Source of the DNA: Diadema antillarum
Lineage: Eukaryota
Direction: 5' to 3'
Length of the DNA stretch: 64,000 nucleotides
Assembly (NCBI RefSeq): GCF_040938485.1
Contig: NW_027270935.1
Coordinates: 930,001 to 994,000, forward strand
Below are positions 25,701 through 37,419 of this stretch, piece after piece. The position numbers were made by a program, and so were the translations under genes. The stretch's first letter is position 1. Each line of letters begins with the position of its first letter. The notes beneath the pieces are model-generated. The model had not been told where the DNA came from and ran no database searches. It was given only the letters and a program-made list of their open reading frames with translations.

Positions 25701-28700
25701 CGTGACAGCTTTCACAAGCTCTGGCTCCTGGCTGTAGGGGTGGTCCCTGCCCTAGGGGATTACCCCCTGCTGTCAGGCCAGCAGGTCTGTTCCCAAGGTT
25801 GGTGGCCATGTTGATTTGGTTTGGGTTTGGCTTGTTACTACAGGGAGAATCACAACATTTGACATTGCTTTATATTTTAAACCAACAGTTTTGCTTTAAA
25901 AAAAAAAAAAGTAATGAGAGTGAAATAAGTACATATCAACTTTTCTGCCATAGTCTAATAATGATGTCCCAGAGAGCAAATGAAGGTTTATTCTTATAAA
26001 TATTGGTAAATAAATAAATACGACAATACAAATAAAACAACAATGTTTCTCTAATCCACTGGCTGTACAGATCATTGTGATCTAGCAGAAAGCCGGCATG
26101 TGACATTGGCCATGCTACACACTGCACTGTGAGACAAAATCTTTGGAAAACTGACAAAAAATTTAATGACCAACACACACATCAGTTGACTGTATGCTGC
26201 ACATGCTGTTACTGTCAGTCTCATAAAATATATGGCCACATTTCAGTGCTTGAATGCAGTATGTACTTTTAGTTTATGAGCCTCATCATTCTCATTTTCT
26301 TTGTCGTTTTTTTTTTTTCAACATTGCTCTTACAATATCCAAACCACTTTTGGACATGAATACCTTAATAAAAACAACATTAATTCATCCTTGATAAAGA
26401 TGAACACATAAAAGCAAACCAGCAACATCTAGTACACATTAATTAAAAGTTTAGCATATTGCATAAGAATCTTGCTATTGGCACTGCCATCAAAATGTAA
26501 CACCAGTGCAGTATTTACCCACCCTAAACAGAGCAAAGTTTCACACAGGGGCTCCTCATCTGACATCTTGAATATGTCTTTGCTGTTTAAATGGGAGACT
26601 TTCAAGACATTGACTGGAAACTTTTACTATCAGCATGTAAACAATCAGACTTCTTTGTTATCTACTCGTTGCCTGTTCTTAATTTTGATATAACTGACAT
26701 AGGAATATGTCTTCAGCGAGAAAACATTAATCCAGCCAAATGTTTATAAAATGTGAGTATACTGCATATGCTTCAGTCACAGCTTGTCATGGGATTACGC
26801 AAAGTGGAGCATACTGCAGTAAAACTAATGATTAGAATGCATGATGATGCCAGTTTATTTGAAGCTAATACACACAGTGTGTTGGAAAGGAATACACCAT
26901 CATGCTTTACAGTTGTCTTATTCTGTTAATATCTCTATTTGTTTCTGGCATGGAAATATCAAATCTAGCCTCGAAGTTACTCACTATGTTTGTATACATA
27001 TATCCTCATTTTGGCAGGAAACATGATGTTATGTTTTGACAAGTGGCTTACTATGTTGGTATGTAAAAACGTTTCTACATAAGAAATGCAATATTAAGAT
27101 ATCAAAGTGGCTTACTATGTTGGTATATAAACTTGTTTCAGCTTGCTCTCTGCCTCGGCAGCCTTCAAGCGCTTCTGCTGGACATATCGGTCTGTAGTCT
27201 TCCACATGTAGTAATACTCCACAATGCTCTTGAGAGATTTCCAGGGCAGCTACAAGATAACAACATAACGTGACAATTAGTGATTTCCATCCTCCAATAT
27301 TTTCTCTCTCTCTTTCTCTCCAGTTTATACCTATAGAACACATACATTTTGTCCCACCATGTTACAACATGCTCCAACAGATCAAGGTGAAGACTGCAAT
27401 AATGTATAATTCTGTTTTTCTGCAGACAATTTATTATGATATATCATGCACAGAAACCATATTTCATCAATTTTAGTGCAAAGAAAGGGTGGTTTGGACA
27501 TGTTACGGTGTCCTAAATTCCCCCTTGTTGTTCATGAGGTGCAGACTTCTTCTTTGCAGGAAGCATGTTCTAAAAAATCCCAACATGCCAACAGGGTAAT
27601 GGCTCTTTTAACTGCACATGAAATAAAATGGATGAGGTCAAGAGAGTTTTGGCCTACTGTTGCTACTCTAAGGCCTTAAGCACAACAACCACAAGCATAA
27701 ATATTTGCTCCCTTCTCATCATATTGATTTCTTCTCATCTCATTGAAACAACATGGATTACTTTCCTGTGACAAACACATAACTTGAAGGATGAGATTAA
27801 ATGCTATTGTATTTCACACCAATAATATACAACATCATCAAGACATTTCACACACACACAGATACAAACACAAATGCAAAGCACATATGAAGGAGAGAAT
27901 TATTCTCGGCAGAAGCCTCTGATAGAAAACTCACAAAGTCCTGTCTGATGTCATTGAAGTCTTTGCCGTATTTCTCCAGGGCTTCCTCAAAGAGGTTTGC
28001 CTCTGATGCCGACCACTCTTCTAGCTGATCACGGCAGATAACTGGCCCACCAGTTGGCACTAAAATGGCCATAGCTTTGGACAAGTCATAGCCTTGCTGG
28101 TGCAGTACATCCATGGCATGGAACTGAATGTGGCGAGGGAAGAAAAGGGACAAAGAAACCCAATCAAATTATCCTGCACAAAGGTGCAATGGTAAACCAT
28201 GTGTCCTATTGAAAGTTTTGATGCTATCAAAACCAGTCGGAAGAAACAACATTTTTGCACTCTCCCTGTAATGATTTCAGAGCATTTAGCTTGATATTTA
28301 CTGGAATTTTTTTAAAGGACAAGTTCACCTACATGTACAAGTGGGTTGAGTGAATGCAGCAAAATTAGTAGAACACATCAGTGAGAGTTTGAGGAAAATT
28401 GGACAATCCGTTCAAAAGTTATGAATTTTTAAAGTTTCTGCTCAGTAACAGCTGGATGAGAAGACTACTATAGCTTGTGATGTCACATGTGTACGATATA
28501 AAGAAAGAATAAAGAAAATTCAACATATTTTCACTTTTCTCGCATAATAGAAGAATACTCGACTTCTCTCTTTCAGAAGGCAGGGGGAATAATATTACCC
28601 TTAATATATTTCAGGAACAAGTTGAAGAAATGTGCACTTTATTCAAAAAGTAAAGTTTTGTGAAATTCTCTTTTTATTTTCCTTATATTGTTGTACGCAT

Positions 28701-31700
28701 GTGACATCATACACTGTAGTACTGTAGTCTTCTCTTCCAGCAGTGACTGCGCAGATACTTAAAAAATTCATAGCTTTTGAACAGATTGTCCGATTTTCCC
28801 CAAACTTTCACTGATGTGTTCTACTAATATTGTTGCATTCACTCAATCCACATGTACATGAAGGTGGACTTGTCCTTTAATGAATAGTGCACATTCCCTC
28901 GACTTGTTGCTGACCTATGTTTAATAAGGGTAATATAATTCCCCCTGGTTTCTGAAAGAGGTAAGTCAAGTGATCTTTCATTATGCTATAACAGTGAAAT
29001 TTATTTTCTTTAGATCGCTGGCCATACATGATGTCACAAAGTGTTGTAATCTTCTTACCTAGTGGTGGCTGTACCAAAACTTTAAAAATTCATAACTTTT
29101 GAATGGATTGTCTGATCTTCCTCAAACTTTGCTGATGCTGATCTACTAAATATTGCTGCATTCCATGAATTCACATATAGGATATTTGGGCGTCGTTCTC
29201 CATTAAAAAGACACAATATTTACTGGTAAGTCATAACCTTGCAAATGCTAACAATCTTACAATGAAGGAGAGATAAAAGCAATAACACTGAAATGGGTAA
29301 AAACAAACACTAGCCATTTAGGCAAATAAGGTTAAAAGGCTATAAAGTCAAATTTCACATGGTAAGGTTCATTAGACGACTAGTCACTGATCATACATGG
29401 GTTCTACAACATGAAAGATATGGTTGAAGTTTCTCAGTTGAGGATATTCACATTCTATTTAGACAGGTTTTTATAAGTTTAAGTGACAATTCAATTCCGA
29501 TGAACAAGAGCTTCAATTTCCAAGAAGACCTAAACATGAAACACTCTTAAATAAGGGAAATAAAACCAAAGGGGATGTAACATACCAGTGTGATATCCCT
29601 GGATGCTGCTGCAGCACTCATGTGCAGACTTGGTTGGCGAATGGAGCTACTGCAATCCAGAGCCCGACCAAATGTTCCAACAGACCTAACATATACATAG
29701 ATTGAGGATGCAATGTTTTCAGTGTGGGTCAAAGAGCAGTCACATACACTCAGACAAAACATGAATATAAATCAGGAAGGAATGCTCAGTAATTTTTTTA
29801 CTTGTTACAAACAATCAAATAAGGATAAAGTGATAAAGGGCAGGGCTTTAATACAACATATGGATTAGGAATATCTAAATCCAATACAAACATTGTACTT
29901 TGTCACTGAAGACAATACTGTTTATATATCACTGCATGTGCCTGTAATTTTTGGTTTTCACACAAGGGTATCATTTTCTTCAAACAGTGTACACACAAAA
30001 TCATGTGCACCTGCATGGATGCACAAGGATCAGAGATTCTTGTCCCTTACCTTGCCAGAACAAGGAATTGGTCAATATGCCTGTCATTCATGCTGTGTTC
30101 CGGGTTCCAGATAATATCCTCCAGCTTTGATAAGTCACGCTCGTCACTTTCCTCTGAAGCATTGACATATTAACGCAGACATGACATCAGCATTACATTT
30201 ACAATACACATGGAAGAAACAGATTCCATAAATAAGCTGAACAGGTGCAAAACAGAATAATGCTCATCAAGGAGGGAAATTTGACAATCTGTTGTTTCCC
30301 AAATTGTTATCCCTAAGCAGCAGCAGAGAAAATTATGTTGTGTCTATACCACTTGATCAATCTTGCTTCTCCTGAAAGTCAATTTGATGGCGAATGCCTG
30401 ACATTCTATGGGCTCACTTTAACCCTAAAAAGACTGGGGTATTTTGGTAGCTGGAAAGACTCGGCCGTGGATCACGCGATCACTGCGAAAATTTGCACAA
30501 CGGTAGTGTGCGACGTATTCTACAAGATCACATACTTAGATTTCTCAAAATAGTCTTCTTTTATTTTATATCAATTAATTATGCTAATTTATGCAAAAAT
30601 CAGACTTTTTGCAATAAATCAGTAAATAAAGTTCCAAAAGTGCACATTTTTGGTCCAAATACTCTTTGTGGCATTCTTAGCCAATGTTCTTGGAAAAAAA
30701 ATTAGGTATCAAAATTAATTTCTTATGTATTTAATTGTTTTATGAATTTCTTATGTATTTCTTTGTTTTTTGACCTTTTGTTTTTGTCTTTTTTTTCAGC
30801 AAAATTTGTCAGACGTTTTTTGAAGAACAATACTGCTAAAACAAATTGATTTCAGCCATTGAGAGTAAAAATAAGCATATTCATATGAACCATGTGAAAA
30901 ATATCAATTTGCATTCACTTTGTACACAAAGTCACATTTGGGAGCCATTTTCAGTCCGATGTGCACATACAAAAAGTTACATAACATCAGAACCATAACC
31001 CCGGGCGTCACAAATTTGGTGTCAAAATGTGCGGGAAACTCAAAAGAAAAAAGTAATAGAGCGTTGCGGTGTAAGCAAAGCGCGTTGCCGAGTAATTGCA
31101 CAAAATGTGAAGGGGGGGGGGGGCCTTTTAGGCCCCCTTCCCCAGTCTTTTTAGGGTTAAGTTATTATCATTATTATTATTTTGTAACATGCTTGAAGTA
31201 ATGCACAGGATATCTGTTGAAAAAAATCTGTGGGGAAAAACACATGCTAGATATATAGCACTATCAAAAGAATGTGTACATGTCTGTGAGTTGTTTCATA
31301 CTTTACGCACAAAAAAAATCTGACAGTCTCTTACTTCATTTACAATGAAGCAGACTACCAGTAATGTAACCCTGCGTTCACACTGGACCCTACATCATGA
31401 GGACAGTCAAGAGATGTCTCATCTCTTTTTATGACTGACCATCCACGCTGCTATTTCGACGGTCCCCAAGCAGCTGGGGCAATCGAGGTTTGACGAGAGC
31501 CCTGCCACTTGACACCAGTTTCTGTGCATGCGCACATTTGATGAACACAGCTGGGCACCATCAATTATGGCCCAAGATAAATGTCCCCTCCAAATTTTGT
31601 CCCCCGACCTGACTTGCTTCACGGGAATAAAGGGAGAAATCCCGGTGAGCATCCACACTATGATTTTGGAGGGAAAGTCCTGTGGTGCTGAACTTTCCCT

Positions 31701-34700
31701 GCAATGCATGACCTAGTGTGAACGCAGGGTTTGTCATACCATACTAATCATGGCCTGCATCAAAATAAAGTACACCAGATATAATTACAAAGCAATATCT
31801 ACCATAGACAGATCTATGAAGTGAACAGACGTTTGTCAATTTAAAAGCCTATTTTCTTACAGCTCACAAAGGTAATGTCACCATCAGGGTAGACATTGAT
31901 GCTTTCCATAAAGTTTACCCTCTCTCTGCATATGGGTGATGCAAAAAGATTAAAAAGATGCCCTGTTAAAAGCTCACCCTCTTTTAGCATGGGGGTAATA
32001 TCAGCCTGGTAGCGAGACCCAACTCTAATCTCTCCCTTGTCGGCCAGCAGCGTCTTCTGCTGGGGGTCGTACACCAGTGAGTAAAAGAATGCATCCTGAA
32101 ATAGAAGCATCAGATTGGAAGATGCAGCATTAGTAATAGTAGGGATCCATATCCTTTCCTACCTAGATATACACTTCAATGTACTCTAAACCATGAAAAG
32201 GCCAGTAGAAAGTACCAGTACACGTGTACCTCTCTCACACACACACACCAACACACACAAAAACACAAAGATGGAAACAACATTACATGAATATGGATAC
32301 AGGAAACCACTGTATGCCTTCTTCATCCTCGGAGGAGGAAATAGCAGCTATTGCATAATTTCTTGGTCAACTTCCCAGAACAAGAGTATTACACCAGTAT
32401 GGCTTTATAGGAAATACTCTGAGTGACTTCACATGAATTTTTCTACGTACAGATGTAAGTCTTCATTAACCAATGCATTTCTACTGAGAGCAAACCACTT
32501 GTGTCTTATACAGTAAATTCGTACAATCATCAAACACCACTTACTTTATAACAGACCTTGAAGAGGTATCTAGAAAAATCAGTAATTTTAAGAAGTGCTA
32601 TAAGAAGCTGTTTCTGCAACAAAATGTGGAAAAGTTAATGCTTGACATTCAAACGATTGTTTTCTGTTAAAAAAAATAATCACAACAGGTGATTATGACT
32701 AAAAAGGCTGCTGTCTGCTCACTTCAGAAAATTGATTTGAAACAGGTGCAAATGAGTTACATACCCTTTATTATCAAAATGCTCATAACTTGATTGTGTA
32801 CATGTTAATCAAAGTGATGTTTGTATTCCAATGCTTTTGTTGAAAGGGCTATCTAAGTGGTGTATACCCATGTAGTGATTACTGTATTTCTTTTGGTAGG
32901 TACAATCTTACCTCTTTTGAGAGGTATGACAGGAGGCTCTCGGTCTCATTGAGAAGTGTGACAGTGCACTTCCCCCTGATGTGAGTGGCAGGAAGGGTTT
33001 CAAGCTGTCTCGAGAGGAAGAGCTCTCGGTGCTTCAGCTGATGGCGCTGCTTCTCGTTCAACTCCTCTAGAGCCTCCTCCTGCTCCTCCTCCACGGTCAC
33101 TGAAACATGGGATGACATTGGTATCACTGATATCTCATTGATAAAAGTGTGATGCATTGGCATCACTGATATCAAGGTAATAACTTCGACCATAAAACTA
33201 CACAAATCATCTCCATGAAGAGTCATTCATAAGCAAACTAATAAAAAGTGAAAGTTACCACTGCCCTCTAAACATGACTCAATATAGAATTACATGCAAA
33301 TATACAATGTATATGTTCATTATTCACCATTTTCACCATCATTCTGCGACAGGTTATCTTGAACCCAGTACCATCCAGTGTTTCTCGAAATTACAGGCAT
33401 GTGTCACTTGACATTGCGGAATTGGTTAGTTGTATGCCACCACAAATCAACCTGAATTTAAAGTTGCTTTACTTTAGCAGTTTGCAACTTTGCTTTTGAA
33501 TTGGCATCTTGTGACTTTTGACCTTTGAACTCATGAGTCAACATCTCATAGTACATCTTATGCATGTCATACATGCTCACTTTAGGTTATCTCAGCTGTT
33601 TTTCACTTATCACAGCAATGAGGAACATGCAAACACTGAAAGATGGATAGATAGACAGAAGGATAACAAGGAAACACAGAATACATGATGTTCTAAGCAA
33701 CAACACATTGGAGGGAAGAAGAACTGGAAGCAACATACTTTTTATTTTATTATCTTTCTTTTTTTTTAAGTCAAGCTGGAACACAGAACAGAGGAAATCA
33801 CTTTCGATAGGTCACAATTAAGTCATAGTGCACTGTATTTCATGTTGCATATACTAATAAAACAATCAATTAAAATCACTTTTAAAGCCAAAAGGCCTTT
33901 CTATTCCTCAAATCCGGGGTGTTCAACTTTTCAAACTTGGGAGCATCTTACTTGCATGTTTGTCAGCCAGCTGAATGAGTGAGTTTGGAATGTCACGACG
34001 GCGATAGAAACATACAACCTTGGCCTCCACATTCCCACTGGCAGTCTGTTGACACAGTATGGCAAGATGAATATCTCATTAATACCACTGATCTTTAATA
34101 CTGTAAAACGAGAAATGTTCGCGTGCATTTTAATTTCGCGAATTTCGCCAGCGCCAAGATTCGCGAAATTAAAATGCACGCGAAATGTCTTATCTATACT
34201 ATATGCATTGAACGCAAGAGGAAATTCGCGAAAATTTCTTGCCACGAAAAAGGCCGTCGGCTCCAATTCGCGAAAATTTCGTGCCGCGAATATATCATGT
34301 TTTACAGTAATCAGCCTCAAATTTATCATTATCACCAACACCATCACACTCTGCACACACATCTCAAAGAAAGACATGAAAGGTTTCACACATTATAAAA
34401 TGACAGGAATATTACCACTTATAATCCAATTTCACTTCATTCTTCAAATTTCAAATTGAAATGTGGAGTATATCAAACTCATACATAGTTACAATTCAAA
34501 ATATCCTTGCACAAAGAATGATCAATCAAATTACTTTCATTTATCGCCCTTGTTCCCAACTTCTAGTGTAATATCCTAGTGTAAAGTGGACAATCAAAAT
34601 AATACATTTCTAGATATAAGACTTTGGCACAATATAGTTCTATGAGACTACATCAATTCTTGGAAGATGATCCACCTGCGTTATTAGATTTTGTAAAGTA

Positions 34701-37257
34701 CAATAGTAATCATGACCAAAGTGCTCACTTTAGATCAAGTGATAAAAACCTTTGCTGTATCAGAATGGGTAATTTGATGTGTCCAAAAAAAAAAAGATAA
34801 AGAAAAGCAAATCTCCATGCAAAAAAATAAAAAAAATAAAAAATAGATAAAATTCAAATTTATGAAAAACAGGAAACACACAAAGAGCTTCCCACTCCAG
34901 CAATTACTCATTCCCATCCTGCATTCAACTGTACACACATAACTGAGTCTAAAACACATTACCTTGTTCAGCTCTTCAATCCTCCTAATGAGATAGGGCT
35001 GGGATGATGATGTCTCAAAGTAGACATAATCTGCACAAGAGAAGAAGAGGTAGGCATTTTTCTGCATAAGAAATTGCCATAAAATGTGTCCAATGCAATG
35101 AAAAATTAAGGCAACAGGTATGTGAGTGCTGAACAAAATCAAGTGGATGAGTCACTTTTTTTATATGATGTCTGACTAATAAATCTTGCACATGTCATTG
35201 CTTTCATATAAAATGACCCATGGATATTTGTACTTTCTCATGACTGCATGCTCTTTTTTACTGTTTCTCTTATATTTTTTTTTTCTTTTTGCCTTGTTCT
35301 AGAGAGCAGATCCTGAAATTTGAAAATGTCACAGATCAACTAAAAGTACATATAAACTGACATGGAATATTACTTCAGTGACAAAACAAAGATTGACAGT
35401 AATTACTCGGATTCAGCATTAAACACATGTAACATCACTATGAGGAATAACAAGAAAAAACGAGCATACAATGGTGTTTAATAGTGAATACACTATTTAA
35501 ACAGAGAGTGCAGAAGCACTCATACTTTTTTTAAACCAATTTTAGAAACACCAAGATGAGCGAAATTATCAACAGCTCAAGGACATGGACTTGTGAATGA
35601 CTGCAAAGAAGTCATGCCATATATTCACAATGAACTTACTGCCCTTATGCATTAAAGGCAGTTGAATGTAGAAGAAATGAAAGTTAAGTTGTTGTAAGTG
35701 CCTGCTGGATTCACAAATAATACAGTAAAAAGGAATTACATGATATAATAAATCTTAGAATACCTCCATTTGAGATCAACTACATTGACCTTAACACAAA
35801 TGCCATTCGAAACAGATCCTCACGAGCCGAGAGCTTACTTCAACACAATACACATCTAATTAAATTCAACTGAATAGCAAAAATAAATAAATAAAACTAA
35901 ATAAATAAATAAAAATAGCAATTCTATATCATGATCATGCATTAACTGTAAGCTTGGCAATATGAGTCTTGAGACACTGTGAAATCTGTCCAAACTGTCT
36001 CTTGTTCGCCTGAAGAATTATACAGGGAAACCACATTGCTGGGAGTGTGGGATTCCCATGGTACAGTCCACACAGAAATTTGAAACCAACATTCTAGAAT
36101 GCTTCTCGATGGTCTATGAATTAAGAAAAAAAAAAGAGAGGAAAAAGCACTTGGAGAGTGCAGTCCTCCGCCAAGCAGCTTTATTCCAACATCAATATTT
36201 ATTTACAAATATTGGGTCTATATTGACGATTCCCATCCAAACATGCATGCTGAAAATCGCCCAATTTCCCAATGAAAGAAGCCTTGTGTTTACCTCACAG
36301 CTTCCTGTTGCGCGGTGCCTTGAGCAGAGCACGCTCTTTAGTGCGCGTATGCAAACCTCAAATACGCGCAGCTTGTTGAACTCCCAAGTTCATTGTCCCT
36401 ATTTGCCAAAAGATAAAAAATCCTCCAAAAATTCATTAAAAATTCCTGGATCACTACCAAAATTAAATCATCTGTTCCTTATGTTATTATCAACTTTTCC
36501 TGCAAGTTTCATCTGATTCCGTTCACAACTTTCTAAGTTATTTTGCACACACACACACAACAACGCTGGCAGTGGTAGTGGTACTGCTGTGGATCTAGTG
36601 GTACAAACAGCAAAACCTCCTTATAGAGGTAAGAATGTCTATAATTATCCAATGCACCAACAAGAATAGTGACTCATTCACCAAAATGTCAATGTTCAAG
36701 ATCAGTAGCATCACACCCTAATGGTATGGAATTCCATGTCTTCTCGAGTCGAATACAGTCGAAACATTCGCATTCGAAATGTGCAGAATTTGTAAAGTGT
36801 GTACAAGTGGAAAAATAATCTGTACATATTCACTTGTAGTGTTTTCTACATCTACTTGTGATTGTCTACAAAGCGGTGAAAACTAGAAAGCTGCAGCTCA
36901 TTTCATTACAAAGTTAATAAGTTTAAAGGTTTAACGGATTAAGCGCTCAAGCGCAGTGCTCAATTGGTTTCCGAACTGGCTGCAAACAGGGTCTAAAGAC
37001 ACATATTCATCAGAAATCTCACTAATATGTCAAAGCAGTATCTAATTAGTGATGAATTCCTCTGTATTGACCAAGTACATCTTCCTTAAGTGGCTGGGAA
37101 ACAGCGCGTCCCTTCTTTGTGTTCAGCTCCTACTGCCTGGTTGAAACAAAATGGTGACCGGGCTGGTTAGCTTGTTTGGCACGTGAAACAGTTCACCGAT
37201 ATCTCTCTTTTCTACGTGAACGCACTTACCCCCAACCCTGTACATGTTGGCCGCCAT
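16634..37257 (-). CDS. MTA1: Gene model span: metastasis-associated protein MTA (MTA1/2/3 pro-ortholog; BAH, ELM2, SANT, GATA zinc finger), 19 exons, about 730 aa
   Basis: The exons join in frame with GT-AG introns and total 2193 nt. The protein starts [32 protein letters not shown] and ends ...[10 protein letters not shown]...DPIVIDD*, matching hallmark MTA sequences. Confidence 0.97.
17172..17757. mobile_element. PIF/Harbinger-like MITE with repeated subterminal motifs
   Basis: TIR GCCGGGTTCACACGTAC(A/ACC)AATTAGCGGGAT; flanked by TTA and TAA; seven copies of ATCCCGCTAATT or its reverse complement. Confidence 0.8.
18083..18168 (-). CDS. MTA1: MTA exon 18 (second RBBP4-binding region)
   Basis: [28 protein letters not shown](R). 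Confidence 0.95.
18962..18993 (-). CDS. MTA1: MTA exon 17 (32-nt microexon, best candidate)
   Basis: tttgacag|GT GAA TAC GGC GAA GAT GGG AAG CTG CGA GAG|gtgggt = [11 protein letters not shown]. It bridges phase 1 (exon 16) to phase 0 (exon 18). An alternative in-phase donor would end the exon at 18953. Confidence 0.55.
19107..19463. mobile_element. Foldback MITE, Kolobok-like (TTAA duplication, AG...CT termini)
   Basis: TTAA|AGGGGAAGGCTAGTAACTGATCAGTGGGAATCAG...CTGATTCCCACTGATCAGTTACTAGCCTTCCCCT|TTAA; arms of about 166 bp around a loop of about 24 nt. Confidence 0.88.
20182..20235 (-). CDS. MTA1: MTA exon 16
   Basis: [18 protein letters not shown]; tag acceptor, A|gtgagt donor, phase 1-1. 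Confidence 0.7.
20870..20971 (-). CDS. MTA1: MTA exon 15
   Basis: [34 protein letters not shown] (cf. human PTILGKRSYEQHNG). Confidence 0.85.
21283..21426 (-). CDS. MTA1: MTA exon 14
   Basis: [48 protein letters not shown]; weak G|gtgtgt donor, but the phase fits exon 15. Confidence 0.8.
21643..22022 (+). mobile_element. Helentron-associated (HINE-like) repeat, family 2
   Basis: Terminal hairpin ACCTCC...GGAGGT after a T run; the body aligns in reverse with 36242-36632. Confidence 0.6.
22170..22398 (-). CDS. MTA1: MTA exon 13 (C2H2 finger end plus first RBBP4-binding region)
   Basis: [51 protein letters not shown]...[13 protein letters not shown]. Confidence 0.95.
23128..23231 (-). CDS. 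MTA1: MTA exon 12
   Basis: [35 protein letters not shown]; the phases fit the flanking exons. Confidence 0.9.
23649..23765 (-). CDS. MTA1: MTA exon 11 (GATA zinc finger)
   Basis: [39 protein letters not shown]. Confidence 0.97.
24810..25587. mobile_element. HINE/Tsp/pearl-like element (Helentron-associated) with tandem core, (GACG)n microsatellite and terminal hairpin
   Basis: Repeated TGACCTTTGACC blocks and ...GATACCTTGA...GAGATATGGAG units; (GGAC)n at about 25506-25538; 9-bp stem ATGCCTCCG/CGGAGGCAT (25552-25581) followed by an A run. The left boundary is approximate. Confidence 0.7.
25701..25837 (-). CDS. MTA1: MTA exon 10
   Basis: [45 protein letters not shown] (first half of GATA finger). 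Confidence 0.95.
27116..27249 (-). CDS. MTA1: MTA exon 9 (SANT)
   Basis: [44 protein letters not shown](Y). Confidence 0.97.
27935..28123 (-). CDS. MTA1: MTA exon 8 (ELM2-SANT)
   Basis: [63 protein letters not shown]. Confidence 0.97.
28316..28876. mobile_element. Kolobok-like MITE, family A copy 1
   Basis: TTAA|AGGACAAGTTCACCT...AGGTGGACTTGTCCT|TTAA; long subterminal inverted arms. Confidence 0.88.
29077..29208. mobile_element. Kolobok-like family A, right-arm fragment
   Basis: aaaaattcataacttttgaatggattgtctgatcttcctcaaactt...aatattgctgcattc matches the family A arm. Confidence 0.7.
29586..29685 (-). CDS. MTA1: MTA exon 7 (ELM2)
   Basis: [33 protein letters not shown]. Confidence 0.97.
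30051..30153 (-). CDS. MTA1: MTA exon 6 (ELM2)
   Basis: [35 protein letters not shown]. Confidence 0.95.
30423..31156. mobile_element. piggyBac-like non-autonomous element
   Basis: TTAA|CCCTAAAAAGACTGGGG...CCCCAGTCTTTTTAGGG|TTAA; 17-bp perfect TIR. Confidence 0.9.
31370..31729. mobile_element. Harbinger-like MITE
   Basis: CCCTGCGTTCACACT...AGTGTGAACGCAGGG, a 15-bp TIR; left flank TAA; GC-richer interior. Confidence 0.75.
31978..32095 (-). CDS. MTA1: MTA exon 5 (BAH end, ELM2 start)
   Basis: [39 protein letters not shown]. Confidence 0.97.
32912..33099 (-). CDS. MTA1: MTA exon 4 (BAH)
   Basis: [63 protein letters not shown]. Confidence 0.96.
33952..34045 (-). CDS. MTA1: MTA exon 3 (BAH)
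   Basis: [31 protein letters not shown]; cag/gtaag. Confidence 0.97.
34101..34307. mobile_element. TA-flanked Tc1/mariner-like MITE, CpG-intact copy
   Basis: TA|CTGTAAAAC...GTTTTACAG|TA; multiple TTCGCGAA palindromes. Confidence 0.85.
34963..35030 (-). CDS. MTA1: MTA exon 2 (BAH)
   Basis: [23 protein letters not shown]; cag/gtaatg boundaries. Confidence 0.97.
36242..36632 (-). mobile_element. HINE-like repeat, family 2, inverted copy
   Basis: The reverse complement aligns with 21643-22022 (catgcatgctgaaaatcgcccaatttccc; gcgtatgcaaacctcaaatac); ACCTCC/GAGGT hairpin near 36616-36631. Confidence 0.6.
37230..37257 (-). CDS. MTA1: MTA exon 1 (coding part)
   Basis: gccATGG context; [10 protein letters not shown]|gtaagt donor. 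Confidence 0.95.
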
Positions 37258-37403
37258 GGCCAAAAGATCACCCTCGTAGATATTTCGACGCTAAATTTCG
37301 GCAGAAAGCTGTCTCTTTTCGGCGGAAACCGCAGAGGCGCTCACATTCGTCCGATTTCCGTCCTCGACGACGTCGAACTTAACTAGTTGGTTAACGCGGT
37401 TTA

Positions 37404-37419
37404 ACACCAGAGGGCGCTA
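37404..37419 (+). promoter_or_regulatory. CTCF-like binding site
   Basis: ACACCAGAGGGCGCTA matches the CCACCAGRGGGCGC core consensus with one mismatch. Confidence 0.55.

Noticed and set aside
34049-34459. Overlapping ORFs of 91-152 aa
   Set aside because: They span a stop-poor, CpG-rich MITE and MTA exon 3; no protein similarity is recognisable.
36291-36384. Alternative first exon of MTA (CpG-rich, GAG|gtaaac donor)
   Set aside because: The sequence is part of the HINE-like repeat also found at 21643-22022.
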